DNA of 64,000 bases, taken from the NCBI GenBank assembly GCA_051294905.1, contig CM119371.1, positions 6,698,001-6,762,000 on the forward strand. The letters are read 5' to 3'. Each line of letters begins with the position of its first letter. Within the stretch, counting starts at the first letter, position 1. Positions 36,160 to 49,800 of the stretch are shown here, one piece after another. The DNA comes from Botryllus schlosseri (Eukaryota). Made by a program: the position numbers and the translations under genes. The notes under the pieces were generated by a model that saw only the letters and a program-made list of their open reading frames with translations, did no database searches and was not told the DNA's origin.

Positions 36160-37761
36160 ATGTAGACAACATTGTCAGAATGAAGCAACACGATGTGTCA
36201 CCAGCAGTGTACACACAACTGCAGTCTTGTCAGCCAAAACTGCTGCTGTTGAACGTCCTTGGTAAATTTCTTAGTAAGGACATGCACTATCTACCCAAGA
36301 ATATAGGAAAGTATCTCTCGTTGTACTACAAAGAATTTTAATTATTTCTACCATAATACATATTGTAACCACTGAAATTCTTCTTAGGGCCAGATTTCGT
36401 TAAAATATTGTTTTTTTTCAAGTAAAAAGTTGCCTGTTTCTAAGCCAAAAACGTTTTTTCAGCCCAAAATACCTCGTTAGGACAGCCAGTTCCAACCAGA
36501 AATGAAGATAAGTGGTACAATTTTAACATTTTGTGGGAAAACGCCCTACTAATAAGCATTGGTCAGAAATGAAATTTATGAAGTAGTCAAATAGCATACG
36601 TCTAGTCTACATGCACTTAGTCAAGTATTCAAGGACTAGGACTTGCAGTCTTTCTTAATCATTTGTTTGACCCAAGCAGCTGAGCTACACTACAAATCTT
36701 TATAATTTGGTCAAGTGGGAAGCAGCATTTGGTTATATTTACATCAATTTTACAATTTCACTAAACCAGACGATGTATTTACTCAGCCCCAGTATCATAG
36801 CATAATTACAAAAATTGCAACAATTTGTGACTGCATCACAAAGATGAATATTGCGATTTTCATCCTCTGTGCAAGTGAATTGAATTTAAAAATGATGTCC
36901 AATTTTATCTATATCATTACTATCATTGGCTGCAGCCTAATTTCCATCTAAGCGGCAGTAATATGGCAGGTTTAGGCCAAGCAGCTCATATCAAATCGGT
37001 TTATACTCAAGAGCATGAGAATGGCAAATGTCCTTACCACAAGCTTAGCTCGTTTCGAGATATACAGTTCCTCTGCAGCATTCACGCGAAAACCGGAAAT
37101 TAGATTAGAATTAAAATTAGAGCATAGAAACATTTCCCAAACTAAATCAGAATTAGAGCAAGGAAACAATACACGAATTAGATTTCTGGCATTTCAATCT
37201 AATCAGTATAATTATACAACTAAAATTATGTAGTTGCCCAAGTCTGTCTGGACGGTCTCTGCCTTTTTGGGTCAACTGTATAATTTGGGAGTCCGACTTG
37301 GATTGTTACTTGACACCCGCAGTGTGCTTCGCCTGGTCACTAGGTGTCGACAAAGTGAAGTGAAGGAGGCGCTTTTCGTAATCAGCTCTCCTTTGACAAA
37401 TTTGAAATTTTGTCGGAGTCTGATTCCGTCGTCGTGACAGCCTGCAACCCAAGCAGGGGTCTGGGGTTTGAATTGTACTAATTCTTCGTTTGATTGGATG
37501 CTTCGAGCTGTCAGTCTTACTCCCCTTGAAACGTCGCCCGGGATAGGGCCAGTTCAGGTTCATCTCAATCTGCGAAAAATATGTAAGGGGTCAGTCAATA
37601 CTAGCATTGGAGTCACAGGATTTCGAGATGGCATCTACCAGAGCGAAACTAGCGCATACTTAGCTTTTAGAGCAGTGTTACAATATCAGCTGACTGACTT
37701 GAACACTCTACATTAGCAATAGCATGATGATAACACCAACTATGGCACAACAATGAACTAG

Positions 37762-38215
37762 TAGGATGGAGTGGAAAATGGAAAATCTTGTATTTCAAAA
37801 TGGACACTTGATATGTGGTGCCAAATATCAAAAAAATAATTTCTATAATAATTATATGCTCATGCACACTCTAGTGGTAGTGCAATTTCACCGAACGTGC
37901 CAAAAATAGCTAATTTCGCTATATATTAATGACCGCTTCCGCTATAAAGCTGATTTTGCGTTTAAAAGACGCGGAAGCAGCAAGTTTCTGTCTCACTTCC
38001 ACAGAACTTCGTCTTAAAAATGAACAGAAAAAAGTTGCAAGCAAATTATTGATTTTCAGGCCGTTTTTCGGTAAAATTAGGCACTGAAGCAGTGGGTATG
38101 ATGCCAAAAGCATGTAGTGATTGATCTTATGACTGACAACTCCATATTGAGAGCACATGAATTGCAAATCCATATTGAAAACACAAAAGCATCAATTTTA
38201 TATTGAAAAAAGATA
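37762..38215. mobile_element. Truncated terminal fragment of the same hATm-like family
   Basis: Aligns with 41183-41640. Confidence 0.7.
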
Positions 38216-38219
38216 AAGT

Positions 38220-39927
38220 CATTGCACATTTTGACTCGAGTCAAGTCAAGTCACTCAATTTTTGAAGGTGACTCGAGTCAAGTCAAGTCACGAGTCAAGT
38301 CACAATTCAAGTCATGTTGTCTTTTCGAAGTATGAGGCATGATTGCGTCATTGCTGTCTGAAATACAGATTGAATGGTTATTGATTCTGAACCGATGAAC
38401 GAATATAGAGTTAACTATACGCAAGAAGGCGCTGTATCGCTCACATACACGTAGATGTTTGGTCAAGGTAAGAACAGAGAACAGAAATATATCTTTTGCT
38501 ATTAAATTACTTTACTACCAGTTTAGGACAGAACGTAAGCTGTAAGCTTTCATCACTTCGTCTGTGATCAATTTATTTGTGAGAGAACAATGACGGCTCA
38601 GTAAAACGCACAATCATTGACTGAATGGTCACTCTCACGGGTTACACCAGCGTTTTGAGAACAATTCGAACATATGCATGATACAGTGATTTTTATCGAC
38701 ACCGATTACTTGATGACTTGAAATTGACTCGTGAATTTTGCTCCGAGTCACGAGTCAATCCACAGTTCTGATGCGCCGAGTCAAGTCAATTCAAGTCATT
38801 TTAGCAAAGTGACTCGAGCATACGGGCCGGACTCTAATTTTCCTTAGGTATACGGGTTCGGTGATGTCACAAAGGGATGACGTCATAATGTGAGAGAATT
38901 GATAATTAGGGTTAAGTACGCCGCAAACTCCGATTATATAATCTCCTCGTGTTGACGAGTCCAGAAGTGCTGTCAATTAGCGAGGCCCTGATCTCTCGCG
39001 AACAATTCAATATGTGCGCTTATCAACACGTATTACGTAACCTCGGCGACAATTTGCGTAAGTCAAAATGCCCGAGTTTTTATGGAATCTGTTCTATATT
39101 GGCACCGATTTCAGGTTGTTCAAACCTTGAATCTTTGATAACTCAAACCTTGACACCCATCTTCTGATGGTTATGTTCAAGTATTAGCGGAAATCAATAA
39201 CGAATGCGCACACGCACATATTTGCGGAAATTCTGATGTCATTCAGTTTTGCGATGTCACACTTTAATCACAATCGCTAATCAGCATACACTTAACGGCA
39301 TTGTCTCAAATCCATCGAAAGATAGGAGCCAACGCATGCTAGGCCCATGACGCGATAGTTAGGTCATCGATGATATCTTTCGTACCAGGCCTATTGCAGA
39401 TGCGATTCTGTGGGCCAGCGATGATATCGTGCGCAACAAGCCAATGCAAATGTGATTGCGCAGGCCAGCGATAGTATACTATAGTGCACACAGGGCCCAT
39501 TGCAGATGCGATTCTTCAGCGGAACTAGGCTTGTTGGAGACGCGATAAATCGGGCCAGCGACGAATGCCGAGCGCGCGGCAATCAATGACCCAATTTCGT
39601 GATCATCTCAGCGGGAGATCGCATCACGTTACATAGTGCATGTGCTTTGCACAGACGAATCTCGCTAATTGGCAATACGCTTCTCGCTAATTGGCCGCGC
39701 GATCACATAAGCGGCAACACATAATGTTGTAAACAGAAATGCATTGCGATTTGTTCTAAATAGCACAATTTACGTTTATGCCGTTACATGTTAAACAAAA
39801 TTCTAGAACAAAGTCTAGGTATGCGCGGCATACCTTGCATACCCAGGTTCGGCGCCTATGGACTCAATTAAAGTCATACGAAAAAAGTGACTCGAGTCAA
39901 GTCATGACTTGAGTCATCCCAACACTG
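38220..39927 (+). mobile_element. gagtcaagtca-family MITE interrupted by a cata...tatg element (38819-39860)
   Basis: Aligns with the 35161 copy; insert flanked by gactcgag/gactcaat. Confidence 0.65.
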
Positions 39928-40039
39928 GCAGACACGCACGGTTTAATCTGTTTATACAAACTGGGATAGTAAATTAAAAACTGGTATCACTATGTTAACT
40001 TCAGTAATCAATTCTTAAATAGCTCTAGGTTGGTGCGAA

Positions 40040-40567
40040 TAGAATGTACTTGTCCGGGGCCCTAATTGTAGCTTGAACGCAGCCGGATAAAACTCACCGT
40101 GAATGAGAATTGGTGAACTTGCTTGAAAAGTTGCAACTCGCTAATTGAATCTTATTGAAAGAAAATCTTTGCTTGTGATGATATGTCAGATTCCGACTGA
40201 TTGACAATGGTAGAGATTGTCATGCAAACTTCTTTTATCACCAAAGCCATTTCACATCCGACAAATAGACCATTAAATGATATGTTATCCTATATCATGA
40301 TATTCTGATTGCAATTCACTGTAACAAAATCAAGAGTGGTTATGAAAAGCAAATAAATGAATCTATATACACCATCGTATCAGAAGATGTGGTAGATATC
40401 GAGTTGCCGATAGTCGCCTCATAGAAACAAAATCGAAATGGTTGGTTTTAAGTATGCGTAAAAATCCGGTATCTTGATCATGGATAGCGAAAAAATTAAA
40501 CCTTTTTATTCGCCGCACTCAAATTCATCAAAAACAATAAAAATAACAAGATAAACAAAAATTTCAT
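40040..40567 (-). pseudogene. 5' fragment of glycoprotein-like ORF, unit 3
   Basis: MKFLFILLFLLFLMNLSAANKK from ATG at 40567; aligns with 6650-7398 with an internal deletion. Confidence 0.4.
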
Positions 40568-41182
40568 CCGATTTTATTTCATGCTTAATCATTGTTAACG
40601 CACGATTCTCAAAAAATAAGATAGACATCTATATATAAACTTGTAACTTAAGCTCTGGTTTTTTCATATTGAATTATGTGATGTGTACAGCTTATGAGGC
40701 CTACAATAGGTTCCCAACTCCTGATATTAGCCATATAACCCTTGTGGACTGAGTTTTCCAAGTTATTAAAATCATCGATCATATTTAGCCTATATTGAGA
40801 AAAATATGTGATGGGCTGTATCAACAGAAAATGCCGACAGTAATCACGGTATTATGCACTTTTGTATATTTCCACAAAATTACAAGTTACTATTGCTAAG
40901 ACATTCATCAAAAGGCACAAATCTACCAAAAGTAGGTTCCACATGCCAAACTTTGAAAAACTGGACCTACAAAGTTCTGTCGCTTTGAAACATAAAATGC
41001 ACAATCTTCAAGGCAATTATGATGGATTGGGAATGAAATGAATCAAAAATTGCAATCGTGAGCGACTTTATTTTTTATTCATGTATCAGCTGCAAACTTG
41101 CAGAAACTGCTGATCTAGTTGTTTGACTTTCAAGAGTAGTCCTGGTTGCAAATTTTGAAAGTGAGTAGTTTGACATGAATAG

Positions 41183-43730
41183 TAGGGTGGAGTGAAAAAT
41201 GGAAAATTTTGAATTTCAAAACGGACACTTGATACGTGGTGCCAAATTTAAAAAAAAATAAAAATTCTGGGCCCGTTTTTGGGCCCTTGCACCCTCTAGT
41301 GGTCGTGCAATTGCACCGAACGAGCCAAAAATAGCTAATTTCGCTATATATTGATGACCGCTTCCGCTAGAAAGCTGATTTTGGGCTGAAAAGATGCGAA
41401 AGCAACAAGTTTCTATCTCACTTCCACAGAACTTCGTCTTAAAAATGAACAGAAAAAAAGTTACGTGCAAATTTTTGATTTTCAGACCATTTTTCGGTAA
41501 AATTACACACTGAAGCAGGGTACGAGGTCAAAAGCGTGTAGTGATTGATCTTATGACTGCCAACTCTATATTAAAAGCAGATAAATTGCAAATCCATATT
41601 GAAAACATAAAAACATCAATTCTATATAGAAAAAAGATATATTTCGAATATGGTTTCACTACCAGAGTATTAGTATGCACAAACTTTAAAATCTTGTTTC
41701 GTAATAAAGGATTTCATCTATTTTGAGACTTCAGTTTTTCGCTGATTAAGACATCTCTACGGTTAAATCCCGACACATGGGCAGATGATTCGATCACCAC
41801 TTTAACGTCTCTTTCCACTGCCTGGTTGTGCCAGGGATGTATGAGGAGATGACCTTAGATTTTCCATCTCGAGATATGGCGAGTTTTTGATTGCTGGTGG
41901 CTGTTCCATATCTTTTAGATTCAAGTTGACAATTCAGTGGTATGATTTGGCCTTGATGTATATAATTGGGATTTTAAACAATCTGATTCTAGTGTCAACG
42001 TTGTTTTTAGGTTTCGTTTCATTAACATATCCTCCTTCAGTCGCTAATTGGAATCTGGTATTCTGTTTGATCTGCTCATAGTTGTAATCTTGCAAGTCTT
42101 CCGAGGCCTTCATCATCATCACCGAGCATTCCCAAAAAACATTATCCGGATGTGCTAAATATGCTTTTCGTTGTAGCAAAGGTAGTGCAAGGTTGTGAAT
42201 TTGTGTATCAGAAAGCTTTGTAATATGGGAAACTATATTGCACAAGTTTTAGCACCAGCAACAATTGTGACTTTTTATTTCAAACCATGACGGAAAATAA
42301 AACTCCATGCAGAATTAAGCAAGATAGTTCAGATTGCTTGATGGATGACTCTGTTGCACATGTATGCTATGTATAGAACGTCAAAATTTGGCATGTTCTA
42401 TGTGAGACAGAGTCATCCATCAGGTAATCTGAACTATCTTACTCAATTCTGCATGGAGGTTTATTTTCCGTCATGGTTTGAAATAAAAAGGCACAATTAT
42501 GGGTGATTCAGTCCCACATAGAACATGCCGAATATTGAGTTGCTATGTGCGACAGAGTCATCCATCAAGCAATCTGAACTATCTTGCTCAATTCTGCATT
42601 GAGGTTCATTTTCCATCATGGTTTGAAATAAAAAGGAACAATTCCATTGTTGATGGTACTAAAAACTTCTGCAACATAGTTCCCCATGTTACAAAAGCTT
42701 TCTAATACACAATTCGCAACCTTGCACTATCTTTGCTACAACAAAAGGCATGTTTTGCCCATCTGGGAATGCTCGGTGATGATGATGAAGGCCTCAGAAG
42801 ACTTGCAAGACTACACCTATGAGGAGATCAAACAGAATGTTAGATTTCAATTGACGACTTAGAAGGAGGATATGTTAATGAACCGAAACCTAAAAACAAC
42901 GTTGACACTAGAATCAGATTATTAAAAATCCCAATTATAAACATCAAGGCCAAATCATACCACCAAATTTTCAACTTGTATCTAAAAGATGCGGAACAGC
43001 CACCAGCAATCAAAAACTTTTCATATCTCGAGCTGGAAAATCTAAGGTCATCACCATTAAGGATCAATCATCCTTTGCACAACCAGGCAGTGGAAAGAGA
43101 CCTTAAAGTGGTGACCGAAGCATATGCTGATTGCCCATGTGTCGGGATTTGAACGTAGAGATGGCCTGATCACACAAAAACTGAAATCTCGAAAGCAGAT
43201 GAAATCCTTTATTACGAAACAAGATTTTAAAGTTTGTGCATACTAATACTCTGGTAGTGAAACCATATTCGAAATATATCTTTTTTCAATATAGAATTGA
43301 TATTTTTGTGTTTTCAATATGGATTTGCAATTTATGTGCTTTTAATACAGAGTTGTCAGTCATAAGATCAATCACTACAAGCTTGTGGCATAATAGCGCC
43401 TGCTTCAGTGCCTGATTTTACCTAAAAACAGCCTAAAAATCAATAATTTGCTTGTAACTTTTTTTCTGTTCATTTTTAAGACAAAGTTATGTGGAAGTGA
43501 GATAGAGACTTGTTGCTTCTGCATCTTTTAAGCCCAAAACCAGCTTCCTAGCATAAGCGGTAATCAATATTTTGCAAAATTAGCTATTTTTGGCTCGTTC
43601 GGTGCAATTGCACGACCACTAGAGGGTGCACGGGTCCAAAATTATTATAGAAGTTATTTTTTTTTAATTTGGCACCACATATCAAGTGACCGTTTTGAAA
43701 TTCAAAATTTCCATTTTTCACTCCACCCTA
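41183..43730. mobile_element. Palindromic hAT (hATm-like, TAGGGTG termini) derivative made of two diverged 3' ends
   Basis: tagggtggagtgaaaaatggaaa / tttccatttttcactccacccta; 8-bp TSD atgaatag; both arms carry transposase C-terminal remnants (SWFEIK, HNQAVERD.KVV.E, RRDGLI.QKLKSRKQMKSFITKQDF). Confidence 0.82.
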
Positions 43731-43959
43731 ATGAATAGTGATAAGTGGTGTTCTGTTGTTCGACATTCTTGCAGCTATTGCTAGCTTGGAGTCAACACTA
43801 CCAACAATGGCATACCAGGGAATGGGTTTTGAGGGTCGAAAGCCGTCCATTTCGAACTCTAAACTATACTTTTGAAACACAGATTTCCAACTCAGTAATT
43901 CGCATTAGAAGTACTGCAGTTGCTTCAGAACTTAAAAACCAGTAAATTGTACAGTCTGC

Positions 43960-45594
43960 TCAGGTGAGTGCAATCTCTCTCTTCACAAATACAGATCTGT
44001 AAATCTGAAAACATCTATCTACTTTTGGCGTCACTATAGTCCATTTGTCTTGTGATATATCATACTTTTCAAGTACATCAGAGGTTCCGGTTCCTCCATA
44101 TGGTACTGCAAAAATACACTTGTCCATGCGATACGCAGAAACTAGACCATAACAAGCATTCATAGAAGATAATGAATTCCACTGAGCTGAAGTAACATCG
44201 TAACATTCTACGTTGTCGACATTATTTACTTCATTTATTCTTCTGCTCATCCCACCGATTACAAATATCTTTTGATCAACTGCAACAACACCACTCCCAC
44301 GTACAGGATATCTAATTGGTTCGAGATCCTCCCACTTTGATGAGGATGGAGTGAATCTGCAGAATGAAGAAACTATGACACCATCTGGTCCTCTACCACC
44401 GATACAATAGATTGAATCATGCAACGCTACGAGACTTGGTGAGCGAATTGCTGTAGGTTTGTCTTTTAGTCGAATCCATTTATTCACAGGTGAAGTAAAT
44501 ATTTCCATGTCACTTGTTGCGTTAGTATAACTTCCCCCAATAACGAATATTAATCCCGACAATGAAACTGAGGGAGGAGTCCTTCCATGGTCACAAATCA
44601 TATCTTTCATCTTTTCCCATTTTGGATTTTTGCTCTGAAAATTGAGTCGATGAACTGATTTATTCCCACATAAAATGTAGATATGAGAGTCTAGAGAAAT
44701 CGCCGAGAACTGTTTTAAATTCTTATACTTCTCATCATGAAGATTCTCTACTTTCTCAGTTACTGGATTGAAGCATCGAACACAATCTGCGTCATCATCA
44801 AAAAAAATAATATCTTCGTAGGTTTTATGTGATGCTTTCAAAGCTTTCAAAAGATGTCCATTGATCAACTTGTACACTCCGAAATCGTTTGGGTTTGATT
44901 CCAAAAGATATTCTAAAAATGCCGGAGAGACTTTATCAAACTTGATTGCTTCGAGACATTCGCACAAATGCTCCTGATTTTTCAGATTTTTCTCGACCCA
45001 ATTGAACAATAACGTTAATTTGTCTTCTTCGCATAACTTTGATTTTTCTGGGGTCACAAATTCGAGAATGTTGGTTTTTTCAATACCTCCAAATTCAGGT
45101 TGGTTTGATATCTTCATGACATTTTCAATAAAAAATGCTCTACATTGCGTAGAGAGCGCATCCAATCCATACATATCGGCGACATTTCTTGTGGAAAAGT
45201 AATTCTCTACGTTAATTGATTCCTCCAAAATGTCGGATACTGCCTGTTTCACATCTTCTAACTGCATCATGATCGCAACGTGAAGAAGATCATTGATCTT
45301 TTCATCAGGAATCTCAAATTTGCCCGAATATATGAAATCGATGCAGTTTTTCACACACTGAGAATCGACCTCTTTCAAAACGACTTTTCCTTCGCGATTC
45401 TCTTTAGTGTCGTTTTTCAACATAGCTTTGAAATAAGCACAACCCGCCGACAATACATTTCTGTGAGTGTAATAGACATCATCTCCCACTTGAATTATGA
45501 AATCACAATGATCGTTTTCTTGCTTCATTCGATGTAATTCTTCCATCATCTTCACTGAATGTTTCTCTACATTTGGACACACTATCTGTACCAT
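43960..45594 (-). CDS. Kelch-like protein (BTB-BACK-Kelch), intron-less, copy 3
   Basis: Uninterrupted ORF collinear with copies 1 and 2; ATG at 45594. Confidence 0.92.
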   Translation of the reverse strand: MVQIVCPNVEKHSVKMMEELHRMKQENDHCDFIIQVGDDVYYTHRNVLSAGCAYFKAMLKNDTKENREGKVVLKEVDSQCVKNCIDFIYSGKFEIPDEKINDLLHVAIMMQLEDVKQAVSDILEESINVENYFSTRNVADMYGLDALSTQCRAFFIENVMKISNQPEFGGIEKTNILEFVTPEKSKLCEEDKLTLLFNWVEKNLKNQEHLCECLEAIKFDKVSPAFLEYLLESNPNDFGVYKLINGHLLKALKASHKTYEDIIFFDDDADCVRCFNPVTEKVENLHDEKYKNLKQFSAISLDSHIYILCGNKSVHRLNFQSKNPKWEKMKDMICDHGRTPPSVSLSGLIFVIGGSYTNATSDMEIFTSPVNKWIRLKDKPTAIRSPSLVALHDSIYCIGGRGPDGVIVSSFCRFTPSSSKWEDLEPIRYPVRGSGVVAVDQKIFVIGGMSRRINEVNNVDNVECYDVTSAQWNSLSSMNACYGLVSAYRMDKCIFAVPYGGTGTSDVLEKYDISQDKWTIVTPKVDRCFQIYRSVFVKREIALT

Positions 45595-46826
45595 GATTGT
45601 CAATAATCCACAATAGGCTATATAGAATAATCCTATGATTACTATGATACAGACAAGTAACTGTAAAGTAAAGATGATTAGTAGGTCGATTTATTTGACA
45701 TGTCAGGAAAAGTCAAAATTGAAGCGTTAGGTCAAAAATTATCAAAATTGTTTAAAAAGTCAACATTTTTTTGATCTCTGCATTTCGTTTGCATCGTAGA
45801 TTTTGCACTGTCGGTGAATTTATCATTTGATATTTTACAGCTTGAAGCCGATTTTATAGGCCTATAGTTGCAGACGGCACATTGTCTGCTCATTGTGAAT
45901 CATAAACGGTTACAAGCACACACACTCTCACTACTAATGAGCATTGGTCAGAAACGAAATTTATGAAGTGGTCAGACAGCATATGTGTAGTCTGCATGCA
46001 CTCAGTCAAGTATTCAGGGACTAAGACTTGCACTCTTCTTAATCATTCGTTCGACACAAGCAGCTGAGCTACATTACAAATGTTTTTCATTTGGTGAAGT
46101 GGGAAGGAGCGTTTGGTTATATTTACATCAATTTAACGAAACCAGACCGTGTATCATGGCATAATTTCAAGAATTGTATCAATTTGTTACTGCACCGCAA
46201 AGATGCATATTGCAATCTTCATCCTCTATGCAACTGAATTTAAATTTACAAATTATGCACAATTTTATCAATATCTTTCAATACAACATCCATGGTAGCA
46301 GAACATTTAATAAACTCGACGACTTTTAGGGTGCCTCTTTTCAAGAGTTAATGGCACACTAAAGGGAGATAAACAGATTTAAAAGCAAAAACAAAAAGGC
46401 TAAGTATGATGCAACAATCAAAATCACAGACCATGAAATTCGCATTTTACCAATGGCAAACTACGAAGTATACTGACATACGGTACTATAGTAGCAACGC
46501 AATTTGTAAATAAACAATTACACACACAAAACAACACACACTAATGAGAAATTCGTAGGTTATAGAGGAAATCTTTTTGTCTGCATAAAATAGGTTTGTT
46601 CAACAATGGATGCTGTATTGAAAGCTATAATCAAGTTCTGTACCATGAACCAGCTATTTATCAATATTGTTACAATGCAAAACAAATTTGCGGTCAATTT
46701 ATTTGTGAGAGAGCAATGGAAGGTCAGTAAAACGCACAATCATTGAATGATCGGTCGCTCTCACCCCACGGGTTACACCAGGGTTTCACGAACAATCCGA
46801 CCGTCCTTATGCAAGATTTTATCGAC

Positions 46827-49800
46827 GGGCATCCCTAAAAGACGGAGAAGCGTAGTCAGCGGAGGCAGCGGAGGCAGCGGAGAATGGACCCTAAAACGCG
46901 GAAGCAACGGAGACGGCGGAGAGAGCCAAAAATGCCGATTCCTAAAAGACGGAGATAGCGGAGGAAGCGGAGAGCGGAGCTTTCGGTCATTAACCTTTAC
47001 AGACACACGCGACATAGCGGACGGATACTGAAAGCGGAGTTCGGGACCCCGCGAAATGGACATAGCGGACGGTTATATAATATAGAAAGCGGAGATCAGG
47101 GCGTATCGGAAGATGTTTCGAAGCAGTGGAGAATAACGGAGAAGTCAGCCATGCAAGTTCAAGGCCAATTTGGCGACTGATTGCCCGTCGATGAGATGAC
47201 ATAGCGGACGGATACTGAAAGCGGAGTTCGGGGCCCCGCGAAATAGACATAGCGGACGGTTATATAATATAGAATGCGGAGATCAGGGCGTATCGGAAGA
47301 TGTTTCGAAGCAGTGGAGAATAACGGAGAAGTCAGCCATGCGAGTTCAAGGCCAATTTGGCGACTGATTGCCCGTCGATGAGATGACATAGCGGGCGGTT
47401 ATATAATACAAGGAAAGCGGAGATCGGGACGTATCGGAAAATGTTTCGAAGCAGTGGAGAATAACGGAGAAGTCAGCCGTGCAAGTTCAAGGCCAATTTG
47501 GCGACTGATTGCCCGTCGATGAGATGACATAGCGGACGGATACTGAAAGCGGAGTTCGAGGCTCCGCGAAATAGACATAGCGGACGGTTATATAATATAG
47601 AATGCGGAGATCAGGGCGTATCGGAAGATGTTTCGAAGCAGTGGAGAATAACGGAGAAGTCAGCCATGCGAGTTCAAGGCCAATTTGGCGACTGACTGCC
47701 CGTCGATGAGATGACACAGCGGACGGATACTGAAAGCGGAGTTCGGAGCCCCGCGAAATAGACATAGCGGACGGATACTGAAAGCGGAGATCAGGGCGTA
47801 TCGGAAGATGTTTCGAAGCAGTGGAGAATAACGGAGAAGTCAGCCTTGCGAGTTCAAGGCTAATTTGGCGACTGATTGCCCGTCGATGAGATGACGTAGC
47901 GGACGGATGCTGAAAGCGGAGTTCGGGGCGTAGCGAAATATATTTCGAAACAGCAGAGAATAACGGAGAAGTCAGCCATGCGAGTTTCAGGCCAATTCGG
48001 TGATTGCTTGCCCATCGATGAGATGACAGCGGACGCGTTTCGTATGACAATTTAACTGATGATAGTTGTGGAATATTATACTGAACTACTTTCTACTTTA
48101 CAAAAACCGAATTGCAAATGTAATTAGTTCATCCAGAATACTGTTCAGGTAGATTTTGAAGTAATTGCGAAACATTACCACTTCAGTAAGTACGGGAAAT
48201 AGCCCAAATCTACTTGATTACCCCGAAAAAGTAAAAATATTCAACATATATAATATCTGAACAACGTGATGTGATAAAGCAAAAATAACGTCAGATTCGT
48301 ATTCAGCGCCCCCAGATTAGGTATAATTGACCCGAAGAAGTCCTGGCGCAAAAATCCTGTAGATCAGCGTTATTGGTGCTGCGGCGTGCGACGCCATCAA
48401 ACCAGGAAATTGGCCCGTGAGCACATTCTAGTTTGAGACCTCTGCACTAGTGACTATAATGCGAACTCCGTAACAACTTGCTATGAATCTAATATCGGTG
48501 CATTTTGCCTGGCCTTAACAATCCACCTATGCTCGACTCGATCTTCTCCTTATTTGCTAACACATGTCACTTCATTAACGAAATATCTTTTACAAATTAT
48601 ATACAGATGTTACCAAAATGAAACGAAGAAAATATATACAGTCATGAATAAAAGGTTAAATAAAAGTTCACGGCTGAATTTTAGCAGCTAAGCAGTTTCT
48701 CCACTGCTTCGAAATATCTTCCGACACGTCCCGATCTCCGCTTTCCTTGTATTATATAACCGCCCGCCATGTCATCTCATCGACGGGCAATCAGTCGCCA
48801 AATTGGCCTTGAACTTGCATGGCTGACTTCTCCGTTATTCTCCACTGCTTCGAAACATCTTCCGATACGCCCTGATCTCCGCATTCTATATTATATAACC
48901 GTCCGCTATGTCTATTTCGCGGGGCCCCGAACTCCACTTTCAGTATCCGTCCGCTATGTCATCTCATCGACGGGCAATCAGTCGCCAAATCGGCCTTGAA
49001 CTCGCATGGCTGACTTCTCCGTTATTCTCCACTGCTTCGAAACATCTTCCGATACGCCCTGATCTCCGCATTCTATATTACATAACCGTCCGCTATGTCT
49101 ATTTCGCGGGGCCCCGAACTCCACTTTCAGTATCCGTCCGCTATGTCATCTCATCGACGGGCAATCAGTCGCCAAATCGGCCTTGAACTCGCATGGCTGA
49201 CTTCTCCGTTATTCTCCACTGCTTCGAAACATCTTCCGATACGCCCTGATCTCCGCATTCTATATTATATAACCGTCCGCTTAGTCTATTTCGCGGGCCC
49301 CCGAACTCCACTTTCAGTATCCGTCCGCTATGTCATCTCATCGACGGGCAATCAGTCGACAAATCGGCCTTGAACTCGCATGGCTGACTTCTCCGTTATT
49401 CTCCACTGCTTCGAAACATCTTCCGATAGCGGAGCCGCTATGCCTATTTCGCGGGGCCCCGAACTCCGCTTTCAGTATCCGTCCGCTATGTCATCTCATC
49501 GACGGGCAATCAGTCGCCAAATCGGCCTTGAACTCGCATGGCTGACTTCTCCGTTATTCTCCACTGCTTCGAAACATCTTCCGATACGCCCTGATCTCCG
49601 CATTCTATATTATATAACCGTCCGCTTAGTCTATTTCGCGGGGCCCCGAACTCCGCTTTCAGTATCCGTCCGCTATGTCATCTCATCGACGGGCAATCAG
49701 TCGCCTTGAACTCGCATGGCTGACTTCTCCGTTATTCTCCACTGCTTCGAAACATCTTCCGATACGTCCCGATCTCCGCTTTCCTTGTATTATATATCCG

